In this document: positions 46,735-56,366 of the stretch, one piece after another
Position numbering within the stretch: the first letter of the stretch is position 1
Layout of the letters: every line of letters starts with the position of its first letter
Source: a virus
Taxonomy: Duplodnaviria > Caudoviricetes
Virus record (IMG/VR): IMGVR_UViG_3300033153_001808
Coordinates: 1 to 61,947 of that record
DNA: 61,947 nucleotides
Direction: 5' to 3' (one strand)
Program-made: the position numbers and the translations under genes
Notes under the pieces: generated by a model
The model's database searches: none
Seen by the model: only the letters and a program-made list of their open reading frames with translations
What the model was told of the DNA's origin: nothing

Positions 46735-48138
46735 CTAGGCTAAGGTTCCACCAGCAACAACAGATCTATAATGCACGAAGACATTACAAGTAGTTGTAGC
46801 GTCTGCGGCACCACCAGCTATAGTTAACTGAATCTTAGTAGCTACTGTGATGGCTATACTACCAGTCCAGGCTATCTGAGCTTCTGCCGTTAGGTTTGCT
46901 ATCACACCATCTGATGAAGATATAATAACCGATGGAGTTACATCATCTGTTTGAATACTTATTGATGTAATAGCAGCATCATCAGAAACATCCACATTAG
47001 GTAACTGAAAGGTTAGTTTTTCTAACACAACAACCTGACTAGTTCCTGTGAGTAGATCATAACTTGCTGCTGCTTGGTTGAGGTCTATAGTTGTAGACAC
47101 CATCTGCATCCTACCTACAGAGGTAGTGGCTAAACCAAGAGAATCTATTACATCACGAATAGCCTCTAAACTATCTGTCGTGTTATCATATGTATACGAG
47201 CCGTCTTTGTGGAGTGTATCCTGTAAACTATTTGCTGTGGGAGGCTCTGGAACAGCCGCAGATATGTCTGTAATAATTGCATCCAGATCTGTATGTGCTA
47301 GATCCAAACTAGCCTTCACAGAATCATCCTGTGCAGCACCACCATCTCCTGACATCCCACCGAGCTTATCCGATAACATTTCTAGTGAGTCAGTAGTATT
47401 ATTATACGACGTTGCAACAGGATTCGCGTTTTTACTCAACATATAAGCCGTGATACTTTCTTGTACCACACTATCAGGATATGGGTTAGTCCCGCCATCA
47501 GCGGCGGCAACTAAGTGGTCCAATCCATCTGCTTCTAGTGCATCTGTTGCTTCTGCTTCTATACTTGCAAGTGCAGTCGAGTTCCACGTAACAGTACTAT
47601 CAGATTTCGGAATTTTTGCAACTTCAGCCTCAAGATCCGCAAATTCCGTGACAACATTACTCCAAACCATATCAGGAACATAAGCTGTGTCACCAGCTAT
47701 TGTTGCAGTGATTCCTGTCACAGTCAACTTATACATATCCCCTTCTGCCCACTCTGCGGCTAGAAACTGATATGAACAATAAACACTTCCATTAGCCTTA
47801 GCAAAGGTTGGTTGTGTCTGTGTTCCTGTAGCAAATGCTCCACCACCTGTACTCTTTTGCATCACATTAGTGATACTAGTAATATCTATATTCGCAGATG
47901 CAACCGCACCAGAATCCACATCATAAATACCTATATTAAACATCAAATATGCGTTCTCTTCTACCGCACCACCTTCACTTTGCGTAACTCTTAACTGTCC
48001 AGCAGCTCCACCTACCGCTACTTGAATAAACTCCAATCTCTCAAGAACCGATCCGTCTGCGTCAGAGGCGACAGCACTAGTTGAGACTTGATTATCCGCA
48101 TTATTTTTTCCTATATATCGTCCACTATCCCAAGACAT
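46735..48138 (-). CDS. virion structural protein with internal repeat
   Basis: A/T/S/D-rich; YNNTTDSLE / YDNTTDSLE repeat. Confidence 0.6.
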   Translation of the reverse strand: MSWDSGRYIGKNNADNQVSTSAVASDADGSVLERLEFIQVAVGGAAGQLRVTQSEGGAVEENAYLMFNIGIYDVDSGAVASANIDITSITNVMQKSTGGGAFATGTQTQPTFAKANGSVYCSYQFLAAEWAEGDMYKLTVTGITATIAGDTAYVPDMVWSNVVTEFADLEAEVAKIPKSDSTVTWNSTALASIEAEATDALEADGLDHLVAAADGGTNPYPDSVVQESITAYMLSKNANPVATSYNNTTDSLEMLSDKLGGMSGDGGAAQDDSVKASLDLAHTDLDAIITDISAAVPEPPTANSLQDTLHKDGSYTYDNTTDSLEAIRDVIDSLGLATTSVGRMQMVSTTIDLNQAAASYDLLTGTSQVVVLEKLTFQLPNVDVSDDAAITSISIQTDDVTPSVIISSSDGVIANLTAEAQIAWTGSIAITVATKIQLTIAGGAADATTTCNVFVHYRSVVAGGTLA

Positions 48139-48153
48139 ACTAAGTCACCCCCC

Positions 48154-48513
48154 TTAATCTATAGCAATCCACATAGTAATTACTGCGGTATTAGTTCCAT
48201 CTTCAGTTAACGTAATCTTCATAAACCTAGCAACTTCTGGCTCAAAGCTCACAATATCCGACTGCGTTCCAGCAGCTATTGCACTCACTATATCAACAGC
48301 AGTACTAGGAGTAAGGAATGTTCCCTTATAGTCATCAGATAGTTCGTACTCTACCTTAACAACGCCACTTCCGGTCTTGGTGTAATGACAACCAAAAAAC
48401 CCATTTTGTACCTTACTTCCAAGATCAAGAATCGTGCTCGTAGCAGTTCCACTGGTTGTGAGTGCTTCGGCAGAAAACACCTTCCGCACATATATATCCT
48501 TGTATTCCGACAT
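48154..48513 (-). CDS. small beta-sandwich virion protein
   Basis: VKVEYELSDD..ARFMKITLT. Confidence 0.6.
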   Translation of the reverse strand: MSEYKDIYVRKVFSAEALTTSGTATSTILDLGSKVQNGFFGCHYTKTGSGVVKVEYELSDDYKGTFLTPSTAVDIVSAIAAGTQSDIVSFEPEVARFMKITLTEDGTNTAVITMWIAID

Positions 48514-48531
48514 GATCTTATTCCTTAGTAG

Positions 48532-48604
48532 AAACTGACATTATGTAAGGCATAAACCGCTTGGGAGGAGGACATCCCCAAAAAAGCCTACATAATGCCA
48601 GTTT
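48532..48604 (-). other. long intergenic stem-loop (processing, stability or termination element)
   Basis: Minus strand aaactggcattatgtaggc...gccttacataatgtcagttt with inner ttgggga/tcccaa hairpin. Confidence 0.6.
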
Positions 48605-48626
48605 GTTAACACTAATCCCCCACTTT

Positions 48627-48878
48627 CTAGGAACCTACTGCACTCACTACAGCCGTTAAGCCATTTCCAAGTGCGGTTCCAAAGGTCACCGTGGAGCCAG
48701 AATACGACATCAATTCATCCGTAGATGTAGACGTGCCCTTCTGGTGCCACGCACCGTCTATCTCATTCATAGGTAGGGTATATGTAGTCCCTCCACCAAC
48801 ATCACCGGTGAGTTCATATACTACAAACAACTTATCCCCTAGGTATGTAATGAGTTTTTTAGTCCCTGTAATAGCCAT
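48627..48878 (-). CDS. small head-associated protein, paralog 3
   Basis: GDK..Y.L.GD..I.GAW.Q..S.E.M..SG..VTF. Confidence 0.75.
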   Translation of the reverse strand: MAITGTKKLITYLGDKLFVVYELTGDVGGGTTYTLPMNEIDGAWHQKGTSTSTDELMSYSGSTVTFGTALGNGLTAVVSAVGS

Positions 48879-48889
48879 CTCATTACCTC

Positions 48890-49144
48890 CTAATAACCTA
48901 CAAAAAAGACATCAACATATTCAGCTGATCCCGGTGCTTCATTAAAAGTCACAGTCGCACCAGACCAGGTCATACGCTCACTCGTTGCTGAGTCATCCAC
49001 TCGTTGAAACCACGCACTTTCGATTGCCTTGACAGGTGCTGTCCAAGTAACTCCGGCAGCATCACCCAGTATTCTATAGCAACCAAAAATCTTGTCGCCA
49101 GCGATTGTAAGGAACTGTTTGCTGGCACTAGGTACATCAGCCAT
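48890..49144 (-). CDS. small head-associated protein, paralog 2
   Basis: TIAGDKIFGCYR..WTAP..AWFQR..ATSE. Confidence 0.75.
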   Translation of the reverse strand: MADVPSASKQFLTIAGDKIFGCYRILGDAAGVTWTAPVKAIESAWFQRVDDSATSERMTWSGATVTFNEAPGSAEYVDVFFVGY

Positions 49145-49155
49145 TAGACACCTCC

Positions 49156-49404
49156 TTATGTACCGACGTAGAATACATCAGTGTATAGGTTATTATCCAC
49201 AGCTTCATCCATTGAAATCACCGCACCAGAGAAAGTCATCAACTCACTCGTCGCAGTATCAGTTATACGTTGAAACCACGCACCCTCTATTGCATCAAGG
49301 GGTGCTGTCCAGTCCTTAGTGGACCCATCACCCTTTAACCGATAACATCCAAAGACCTTGTCACCAGCTATAGTCTGAAAGCGTTTTGCTTCTGTAATAG
49401 CCAT
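49156..49404 (-). CDS. small head-associated protein, paralog 1
   Basis: TIAGDKVFGCYR..WTAP..AWFQR..ATSE. Confidence 0.75.
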   Translation of the reverse strand: MAITEAKRFQTIAGDKVFGCYRLKGDGSTKDWTAPLDAIEGAWFQRITDTATSELMTFSGAVISMDEAVDNNLYTDVFYVGT

Positions 49405-49420
49405 CTTAACGCCTCCTTTT

Positions 49421-50164
49421 CTACGGTGTAATCTGTAGATAGACTGGTTGAAATTCTTCGTCGGTTCCTTTGTACAACTGAACTCCTATAATGTTGTATG
49501 TGAAACCAACTTGTACGGTTATCGCACCTGCTGTTCCTGATGCGGTCATTAAACCGCCTGCTGCATCCTCTGTGCCTGACATTAACACAGCCGCCGGACC
49601 CCAGGTCTGGCACCAGAAATAGTTATTCAAAGTCACCGCTGTAGGAGCTACACCTACACTATACTTCTCTTCTGTGGTTGTATGTATATCTAGATCATAA
49701 TACATGTTATTCATAATAGCCAGCTCAGATGAACCGGTTAAAGCCACATGCAGTGGATCATAAAGAACCAAGTCAGTTGATGTTGACAAGGTTGTATTGG
49801 CCGTAGCCTTTTTGATCCTGTAAGAATAACCAGCACCCGCCGCTTCGTGGATAAAGATATAACCTTCTTCCGAGTTATCTTGAGCTGCTGCTGTTACCAG
49901 TGTAAACTCAGTTGAGTTTATAGTAACCGCTGCAGAAGGACTAACACCTTCCTCTGCAACTGCCGCCGTTGCAGGCTGTAATACCACTCCTGCAGCTAAG
50001 TTAACCCCACCTGCGTAGGCATAGTGAAAGACCCTGTCTCCCACACGCACCCTCGTACCAAGCGGAGCTTTAGCGGTTGAGGAAATCTCATAGATACCCT
50101 GTGATGGCCTTATCGGCCCATCCTCTGTATGGTATCCTAAGTGTTGATTCACACTAATAGTCAT
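49421..50164 (-). CDS. putative capsid decoration/cement protein, paralog 2
   Basis: LGTRVRVGDRVFHYAYAG..GVAPTAV..YFWCQTWGP. Confidence 0.7.
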   Translation of the reverse strand: MTISVNQHLGYHTEDGPIRPSQGIYEISSTAKAPLGTRVRVGDRVFHYAYAGGVNLAAGVVLQPATAAVAEEGVSPSAAVTINSTEFTLVTAAAQDNSEEGYIFIHEAAGAGYSYRIKKATANTTLSTSTDLVLYDPLHVALTGSSELAIMNNMYYDLDIHTTTEEKYSVGVAPTAVTLNNYFWCQTWGPAAVLMSGTEDAAGGLMTASGTAGAITVQVGFTYNIIGVQLYKGTDEEFQPVYLQITP

Positions 50165-50179
50165 ATCAATCTCCTTTCT

Positions 50180-50914
50180 CTACGGGGCTATCCGCAGATA
50201 CATGGGTTGATATTGGTCAGCGGTACCAACATAAAGGTTAAACCCAACAATGTTGCTTGTATAGGCAGATTGAGTATCCACCTGGCCATTGGTTCCACCT
50301 GGAATCATAATACTTCCAGCCGCAATGGTAGTGTCCTGCCATGTCGCACAAGGTCCCCATGTTTGACACCAGAACCAGTAATTCGCTGTCACGGCAGTAG
50401 GCGCAACGCCTGGGATGTATTTAGTAATAGTTGTCTGGATATCCAAATCATAATAAAAGTTATTCATCAAGGCAACTTCGGATGAAGTAGTCAAGGCAAC
50501 ATGGATCTCATCGTACAGTACAATATCTGTACTAGTAGATGTATCCGCATTAGCCGTGGCTTTCTTAATCCTATATGAATACCCCTCACCAGCTTCTTCG
50601 TGGGTGAACATATAACCTTCTGCCAAGTCTGTCTGTGCAGCAGAGGTAGCAATAGTAAACTCAGTCTCACCGGCAGCAACAGTAGCAGAAGGACTCTTAC
50701 CTTCCTCTTCGACCAGAGTTGCACATTCAAGTAAATTTCCGGCAACTAAAGCCGTTCCACCTGCATAGGCATATCTAAAAACTCTATCACCTACACGAAC
50801 ACGAGTACCAACCGGGCCTTTCTGTGTGGCAGAGATTTCATAAAGACCTTGTGCGATCTTAATGTCTCCATCACCAGAATGATAACCCCATTCAGTATTT
50901 GCACTTGCAGTCAT
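50180..50914 (-). CDS. putative capsid decoration/cement protein, paralog 1
   Basis: VGTRVRVGDRVFRYAYAG..GVAPTAV..WFWCQTWGP; immediately after MCP. Confidence 0.7.
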   Translation of the reverse strand: MTASANTEWGYHSGDGDIKIAQGLYEISATQKGPVGTRVRVGDRVFRYAYAGGTALVAGNLLECATLVEEEGKSPSATVAAGETEFTIATSAAQTDLAEGYMFTHEEAGEGYSYRIKKATANADTSTSTDIVLYDEIHVALTTSSEVALMNNFYYDLDIQTTITKYIPGVAPTAVTANYWFWCQTWGPCATWQDTTIAAGSIMIPGGTNGQVDTQSAYTSNIVGFNLYVGTADQYQPMYLRIAP

Positions 50915-50936
50915 TTTGTTCTCCTTTAGCTTTGGG

Positions 50937-50976
50937 CTAGCTCAAGAGGTGGGTTGGCTCCCACCTCAGGAGTTAG
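50937..50976 (-). other. stem-loop downstream of major capsid gene
   Basis: gaggtggg/cccacctc 8-bp stem with an imperfect outer extension. Confidence 0.5.
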
Positions 50977-50983
50977 ATTAATG

Positions 50984-51907
50984 TTAACTTACGTTAGAGA
51001 TGTAACCATTCCAACGAGGTGCACTACAGGCCAATAATCCGGCCCAAAGAGCTTGTCTAATCCAAGCATCCTGATTCAAAGGCACCTTTTTGTCGGTCCA
51101 ACTAAAGTTACGTTTCTTATGTACGACCATCTTCCAGAAATCTGTGTTCAGAACATAAATATATCCTGAGTTACAGTAGCTATCCACTACAATAGTGGCG
51201 TTATTGAATTTAATCCCACTAAAGCCAATATTCGCCAGGCCGGGACTATTATCAAGATTTCCCCGCTGTTGTGGTTGCACACGCAACCAGATTTTGTCAT
51301 AGATGTCCTGTGTGGTGATAATCAAATCCGGCTGAATTGCACCATCTGAACAGTCACCATACATACTCTGGAGCATGTCCATGTCAAAGGCTCCACCGGT
51401 TGTGTTCACATTACCCTGCCACCAGGAATAAGTTCCCTTTACGATTTCACCATACGTACCGCTTGTTGCGATAGCAGTGGTGAGTGGAATAATAGCTTTA
51501 GCACCCTGTGAAGCATAAAGTGCCTGACTAAAAGCCCTGCTGAAAGTCTTGGCCGCATTTTCCATTTTGGTTGCCACGATAGACAGAATTTTCTCATCTC
51601 CCTCAACCTTCAGAAGAGTAGTACCATCTATAGTAACATCTACGTATAACTGTTTCCAGTCAAATTTGGCCAGGGTTGTAGTCTCGACAGTATCTATGTT
51701 AAATGTATCAAGACCAGAATACCATCCATTCGGAAGATCCCCATATAAGACCGGAATATCTACCTGCTTACCTGAATCAAACACTACCTTACTTTTACTC
51801 ATCAACTGAGCCATGAGTGGAGTGGAGTAGTAGAACTGATCCATTAAAGTAGGTATATATTTATCCCGAACATGGGCATCAAGTTCGCTATAAGTTAATG
51901 CCGCCAT
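50984..51907 (-). CDS. major capsid protein
   Basis: Follows scaffold; FDWKQL, TYGEI....WWQG, PDLIITT, GFSGIKF..ATIVVD, IYVLNT. Confidence 0.85.
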   Translation of the reverse strand: MAALTYSELDAHVRDKYIPTLMDQFYYSTPLMAQLMSKSKVVFDSGKQVDIPVLYGDLPNGWYSGLDTFNIDTVETTTLAKFDWKQLYVDVTIDGTTLLKVEGDEKILSIVATKMENAAKTFSRAFSQALYASQGAKAIIPLTTAIATSGTYGEIVKGTYSWWQGNVNTTGGAFDMDMLQSMYGDCSDGAIQPDLIITTQDIYDKIWLRVQPQQRGNLDNSPGLANIGFSGIKFNNATIVVDSYCNSGYIYVLNTDFWKMVVHKKRNFSWTDKKVPLNQDAWIRQALWAGLLACSAPRWNGYISNVS

Positions 51908-51919
51908 AGCTCAATCTCC

Positions 51920-52708
51920 TTACATACCTTGTGCTGCTCTATCATTAAGAATAGACTGAGTCGCTTCTTCAAAACTCTTAGGTGTGTCCTTACCGGGCTT
52001 TACAAGTATTTGCTGTCCGGTTCCACGTATACCTTGAGTTCTTTGTTTGGTCAACTCTTCCTCGACTCTTTCTTTGACTTGTGCTTCTATAAGCTCGTCT
52101 TGATGAAGGTCTTTATAGGCTTTAGTGAGATCCATCTGTCCGGCTTTTAGGGCATAGTCTAGAAGTTCTTGTTTATCGAGGTCTTTATGCTGACCAGCAA
52201 GGTCGTTCAGTTGAGCATGATAACTAAACATTCTTGAAGTCTGGTCAGTAGTGTCTTTTACTGTAGTTTGAAGTTTTTCTACTAAGGTTGTTAGTCCGTC
52301 GATCTTAGTATCCCGATCAGCCAGTTGTTCGCTAAGGTATTTCTGCACACCTTCCGAGCCTGGTTCGTCGAGGTAGTTAGGAGTTTTTGGGTCTGTTGCA
52401 GGATCAGGATCTGTTTTAGGGTCTGCTTTAGGATCTGGGTTTTCTTCCAGACCTGCATACCAATCCCGCCACTGTTTAACCTCCTGCTCAACCGCACCGT
52501 ATTCTTTGAGCTTGTCTTCAAAGCCGGTTTCTTTATCCTCGAACTCTTTTCGTCTGCCAGACAGGTCTTGGGTCTTTCTAGTATAATCTGCCTGCATACC
52601 TTTGTAGATTTGCTTCAATTCCGGGGCTAAGGTTTCTGGGTCTATCGCTGAGAACAGATCTTTAAGGTTTTCTGTCTCATCGTTTTTGGTTCCGTCTAGT
52701 TCTGCCAT
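51920..52708 (-). CDS. capsid scaffolding protein
   Basis: Acidic coiled coil; QADYTRKTQDL; upstream of MCP. Confidence 0.8.
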   Translation of the reverse strand: MAELDGTKNDETENLKDLFSAIDPETLAPELKQIYKGMQADYTRKTQDLSGRRKEFEDKETGFEDKLKEYGAVEQEVKQWRDWYAGLEENPDPKADPKTDPDPATDPKTPNYLDEPGSEGVQKYLSEQLADRDTKIDGLTTLVEKLQTTVKDTTDQTSRMFSYHAQLNDLAGQHKDLDKQELLDYALKAGQMDLTKAYKDLHQDELIEAQVKERVEEELTKQRTQGIRGTGQQILVKPGKDTPKSFEEATQSILNDRAAQGM

Positions 52709-52780
52709 CGCTCAGTTCCTCCGTTATTCATGTAGATACTCTCATGAGCCTACAAGAATCAACTGACAGGGGTTAATAAT

Positions 52781-53206
52781 CTAAGCCATCGGTGGTCCAC
52801 CAACTGGGGGTCCGGATTGCGGACCTTGTCCACTAACCGCCGACGCTTGTGCTCTACCTTTGGTCATCTGTGCTTGTTTAAGTGCTAGTTTACCTTCTTC
52901 TCCGAAGCCGTAGTGCTCAGAGATCTGCAAAAATCCGTCCTGTAAGAACTTATCTATGATATGACTCACAGAAGGATCAGTCTGTGCTGCCTGACGAAAC
53001 ATCTGTGCGCCTTGCATAAGCATCTGGACGGCCTGTTGTTCTTGAGGTGTATCTACTCCTGGTCCACCGAGCTGTTGCCCACCCCCCTGCTGACCACCTA
53101 GCTCACCACCGATTTCTGGTGTAGGTGGACCTTCCATACCTCCTTGAGGCATACTTGCAAGTTCACCCATTGAGTCTGTCTGTTGTTGTATGTCGTCAAA
53201 TGGCAT
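52781..53206 (-). CDS. Gly/Gln/Pro-rich hypothetical protein
   Basis: AAGGAGG RBS before MPFDD; ORF track start 53215. Confidence 0.65.
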   Translation of the reverse strand: MPFDDIQQQTDSMGELASMPQGGMEGPPTPEIGGELGGQQGGGQQLGGPGVDTPQEQQAVQMLMQGAQMFRQAAQTDPSVSHIIDKFLQDGFLQISEHYGFGEEGKLALKQAQMTKGRAQASAVSGQGPQSGPPVGGPPMA

Positions 53207-53232
53207 ATCGTTCAACCTCCTTTCATTATGCT

Positions 53233-53255
53233 AACCGTTCATTAAATGAATGGTT
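53233..53255. promoter_or_regulatory. palindromic repeat motif, copy 4
   Basis: Minus strand aaccattcatttaatgaacggtt between stop 53256 and the next RBS. Confidence 0.7.
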
Positions 53256-53399
53256 CTAATACTCCCATTTAAGTGCTTGCCGCATTTCTTCATAGTTCTC
53301 CCACTTAATGTATAGGTGTCCACACCTAGGACATTGTGTTGGTCCTGGTTTATTCTCATAACTATACTGACACCCTAAACACCTAAATTTAGCTTTCAT
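53256..53399 (-). CDS. small zinc-ribbon protein (47 aa)
   Basis: CLGC...CPRC; TGATG coupling; read manually. Confidence 0.6.
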   Translation of the reverse strand: MKAKFRCLGCQYSYENKPGPTQCPRCGHLYIKWENYEEMRQALKWEY

Positions 53400-54172
53400 C
53401 AGTGCCTTGCGGCTCCTATAGTTGGTGATGTTCCTATAAAACGTTCTTGTGCTGTACGGGGCTTTTGAAAGTACTCATTGAAGGTTTGTCCTCCGAGTGC
53501 ACGAGTTGATGCTGCCTGAGAGGATTTTTGCATTGACTCTAAAGCCTTTGCACGTGAGTTCATCTCATCTGCCCGGCGTTCACGCTGGTTTCTTGCGTCT
53601 ATTGCTGCTGGAGTCTCTTCAAATCTTTTAGCCTCTGTTGCATCTGCATGGATGTTGGTTGTAGGGGGTGCAATAGGTGCTGGGTAGTCTGGTGCATCTG
53701 GCGCAAGTGCTAGGGATGCTATAGTACCACCTACTTTAATTGCCGGGTTTATGAGGGACGCGTAGTTGAATCCTCCAGTAGCACTAGTAGGAGTCACAGC
53801 TGAGGTTGCGCCTGTCTCTAGAAAGGCACTGGCAATATCAGTAACACCACTTCCAACAGCGCCACCAAAAGAACCACCCAAACCGGCCGCAGCACTTGCA
53901 GCAGGAGTGGCCATTAAATAACCTGTGGGTAGACCATAACCTAGCTCTGTCCCAAGTGCACTTGCAGCCATACTACTTGCCGTACTTCCAGTTCCGCCAG
54001 CAACACTACCACCTACAGCCCCACCGATTGCACCACCTGCTGCACCACCGGCGGCTCCCAAGACACCACCCATCAACCCAGATGCTGCTGAACTACCACC
54101 TTCTGTATAGTGTCCTTGTATGGCTCCGCTAATTACACCTACTGCCATTCCTATAAATATACCAGCACCCAT
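53399..54172 (-). CDS. Gly/Ala-rich pilot/ejection-like virion protein
   Basis: Hydrophobic GxxxG-rich N-terminus, coiled-coil C-terminus. Confidence 0.55.
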   Translation of the reverse strand: MGAGIFIGMAVGVISGAIQGHYTEGGSSAASGLMGGVLGAAGGAAGGAIGGAVGGSVAGGTGSTASSMAASALGTELGYGLPTGYLMATPAASAAAGLGGSFGGAVGSGVTDIASAFLETGATSAVTPTSATGGFNYASLINPAIKVGGTIASLALAPDAPDYPAPIAPPTTNIHADATEAKRFEETPAAIDARNQRERRADEMNSRAKALESMQKSSQAASTRALGGQTFNEYFQKPRTAQERFIGTSPTIGAARH

Positions 54173-54173
54173 T

Positions 54174-54581
54174 CTATGTCTCCTCTTGAGTTAGATCGTA
54201 TTCGTATACACTGTAGATCTTTTTCAGTTTGGTTAGTCTCGTGTATGTTTCCTCTGGTATATGGGTTGATGCAAGTATACGTTTATAACCTACTGCACGA
54301 CAGGTCTGAAAAAATAGCTCTCTAAAGGCTACTACATTGTTCTTGAGATGTAGGATGTGGACAAAACAACTTCCGTCCTGTAGTGGATTATATACCAGAA
54401 TCCCGGCAAATTCGCCATCTACAGTGCCTTTAGACATAGAGTACTGGCCAGCAAGACACTGTTGCAGAATAAGCGCGGGATCTCCACTATCACACAGATC
54501 TGTATCCTGTATGTGTGGCCAGTAAGAAATCATCTCATCTTTGTCTGTTACAGGAACTATCTCAATCTTAGGCTTGTCCAC
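54174..54581 (-). CDS. GNAT-like fold protein
   Basis: GEFAGILVY..CFVHIL..CRAVGYKRI; adjacent to pilot-like gene. Confidence 0.45.
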   Translation of the reverse strand: MDKPKIEIVPVTDKDEMISYWPHIQDTDLCDSGDPALILQQCLAGQYSMSKGTVDGEFAGILVYNPLQDGSCFVHILHLKNNVVAFRELFFQTCRAVGYKRILASTHIPEETYTRLTKLKKIYSVYEYDLTQEET

Positions 54582-56357
54582 TTATTGTGTTCTCCCCGCT
54601 GGACTAGCGTTTTTTTGTGTAGGAAACTGTGTTCCTCCTGCTCCTGCTGGTGGACCTACTTCTGGCACTTCTTCTGCCTCTCGTTTCTGACTCATCCTAG
54701 CCAAGACAGACCTTCTATGAGGATACTCTATATCTTCCAGAAGTGCGGGATCATCTATAACCTGCATCTCTCGTAACTTCATGGACTCGATTCTCTTTTG
54801 TACTTTTGCAAGTCCAAGACTTGATCCTGGTTCTATTTTGAATCCAACCTTTGTCCAAGCATCATCTTTGCGTTTTGATATAGGTTTTAAGAGTTCGCTA
54901 GTTATTGCTTGCATCGCAGCACTATCTATTCTGGTAGTTTCCTGTAAGACCTCCATGATCTTGTCTGGTTTGTAGAACTGAAAGATTCGAGAGATTAGTT
55001 TTCTACCAACTCGCTCTTGCATAGATTCAACTGCCCTCGCACGTAGGCGTATGAGTGCCTGGGCCATTAACTGCAAAGACTCTATACCTACACCAGAGCT
55101 GACTTGACCTGTTGCGTTTCCTCTCATGACGTCTATCATGCCGGTTATTTTTTCAGAAGCACCTACGAGACCTTGTACAGTCTCACCTACATATGAGGGT
55201 AAAGGAACTCCAGGCTCTCGGCGCAGTTCCCGCCCAGGACGTTTCTTTACATAAGTTCCCGGTGCACTATTTAACCTTGCCCACTCTTCTTTGGTGAGTG
55301 CATCTTGATCTCCAACCCAGATTGCATTACTCATCAGGGCTATGTTTTCCATGACTGTAGCGGTTATCTTGTTTATCAGTTCTTGGGGATTTTTCAATAA
55401 CTCAACATCACCCCAACCCCAAGCTGTGGAGAAATCTGTATGCCATGCAAGTAGATCAACCGGAAATTGACCATCGTTGTAGGGGTTGTCTCCGTCGTCT
55501 GCTATGAGGTCTCCGATCATGATGACTTTTCTGGCTCCGTTCTTAAATCTTAACTTCCCGTCCGTCTTTGATCTGTCTCTGAGCCAGAACTCCCGCACAT
55601 AAATCCGGGGAATTTCAGAACCTTGTTGTGCTTCTGGTCTTGTTTGCAGGATCTTAGACTTGATGGTACCAAAGAATCCCTTACTCTGTTCTCCCTGGAA
55701 GCGCACAAGACCTACGTCTGATTTAAATAGATCAGCTCTTTTGGGGTACATATCCTGGGCTTTACTTAATGGCCACACATCTTCTAGTATAACATACTCA
55801 CCTTCACATAAAAGGTAAGACTTCCTCACCAGAGGATCAAAGTATACTGCTCGTGGATCATAACTAGGTACTCCTATGTCTCCACGCCCACCGTCTCCGT
55901 CTGCATCGAATAAGGTTCCTATAGAGCCTGTCCCAAAGACCTGAGCATTTTCGACTACATCAACCATAGCTTGACTGAATGAACTGCCTTCAAAGATCAC
56001 GCTTATTAGAATATTTAAAATATCCGCAGTATCCTGTAAGGTATCACTCCTGGGCTGAACATCCGGGATTGGTTTGGTATCTGTCAAGAGAGCTGTCTTA
56101 CGTTCTATGTTCTCTATGAGATAATTTATAACCGCACTCACCTTATAAGCAGGTCTACGTGCAGGCCACTGAGCACCACGCAGGAACTGTGTATAAAGGT
56201 CCCAATTTCGGGAGACTTTAGCCTTTGATTGTGAGGCTTCTGTATAGAGATTAAGAAGTTTAATCCTGAACTCAGTCTCAGCAATACGTTCAGCTTCTTT
56301 GGTTAAGATCTGGAGTTTAGCAAAGTCTTCTATTTTTGTAGCTTCTGGTGTGGTCAT
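54582..56357 (-). CDS. portal protein
   Basis: 591 aa; G.QW, VINY, VYFDP, WGWGDVELL..PQ..IN, SGVGIESLQ. Confidence 0.85.
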   Translation of the reverse strand: MTTPEATKIEDFAKLQILTKEAERIAETEFRIKLLNLYTEASQSKAKVSRNWDLYTQFLRGAQWPARRPAYKVSAVINYLIENIERKTALLTDTKPIPDVQPRSDTLQDTADILNILISVIFEGSSFSQAMVDVVENAQVFGTGSIGTLFDADGDGGRGDIGVPSYDPRAVYFDPLVRKSYLLCEGEYVILEDVWPLSKAQDMYPKRADLFKSDVGLVRFQGEQSKGFFGTIKSKILQTRPEAQQGSEIPRIYVREFWLRDRSKTDGKLRFKNGARKVIMIGDLIADDGDNPYNDGQFPVDLLAWHTDFSTAWGWGDVELLKNPQELINKITATVMENIALMSNAIWVGDQDALTKEEWARLNSAPGTYVKKRPGRELRREPGVPLPSYVGETVQGLVGASEKITGMIDVMRGNATGQVSSGVGIESLQLMAQALIRLRARAVESMQERVGRKLISRIFQFYKPDKIMEVLQETTRIDSAAMQAITSELLKPISKRKDDAWTKVGFKIEPGSSLGLAKVQKRIESMKLREMQVIDDPALLEDIEYPHRRSVLARMSQKREAEEVPEVGPPAGAGGTQFPTQKNASPAGRTQ

Positions 56358-56366
56358 AAGTAAATC

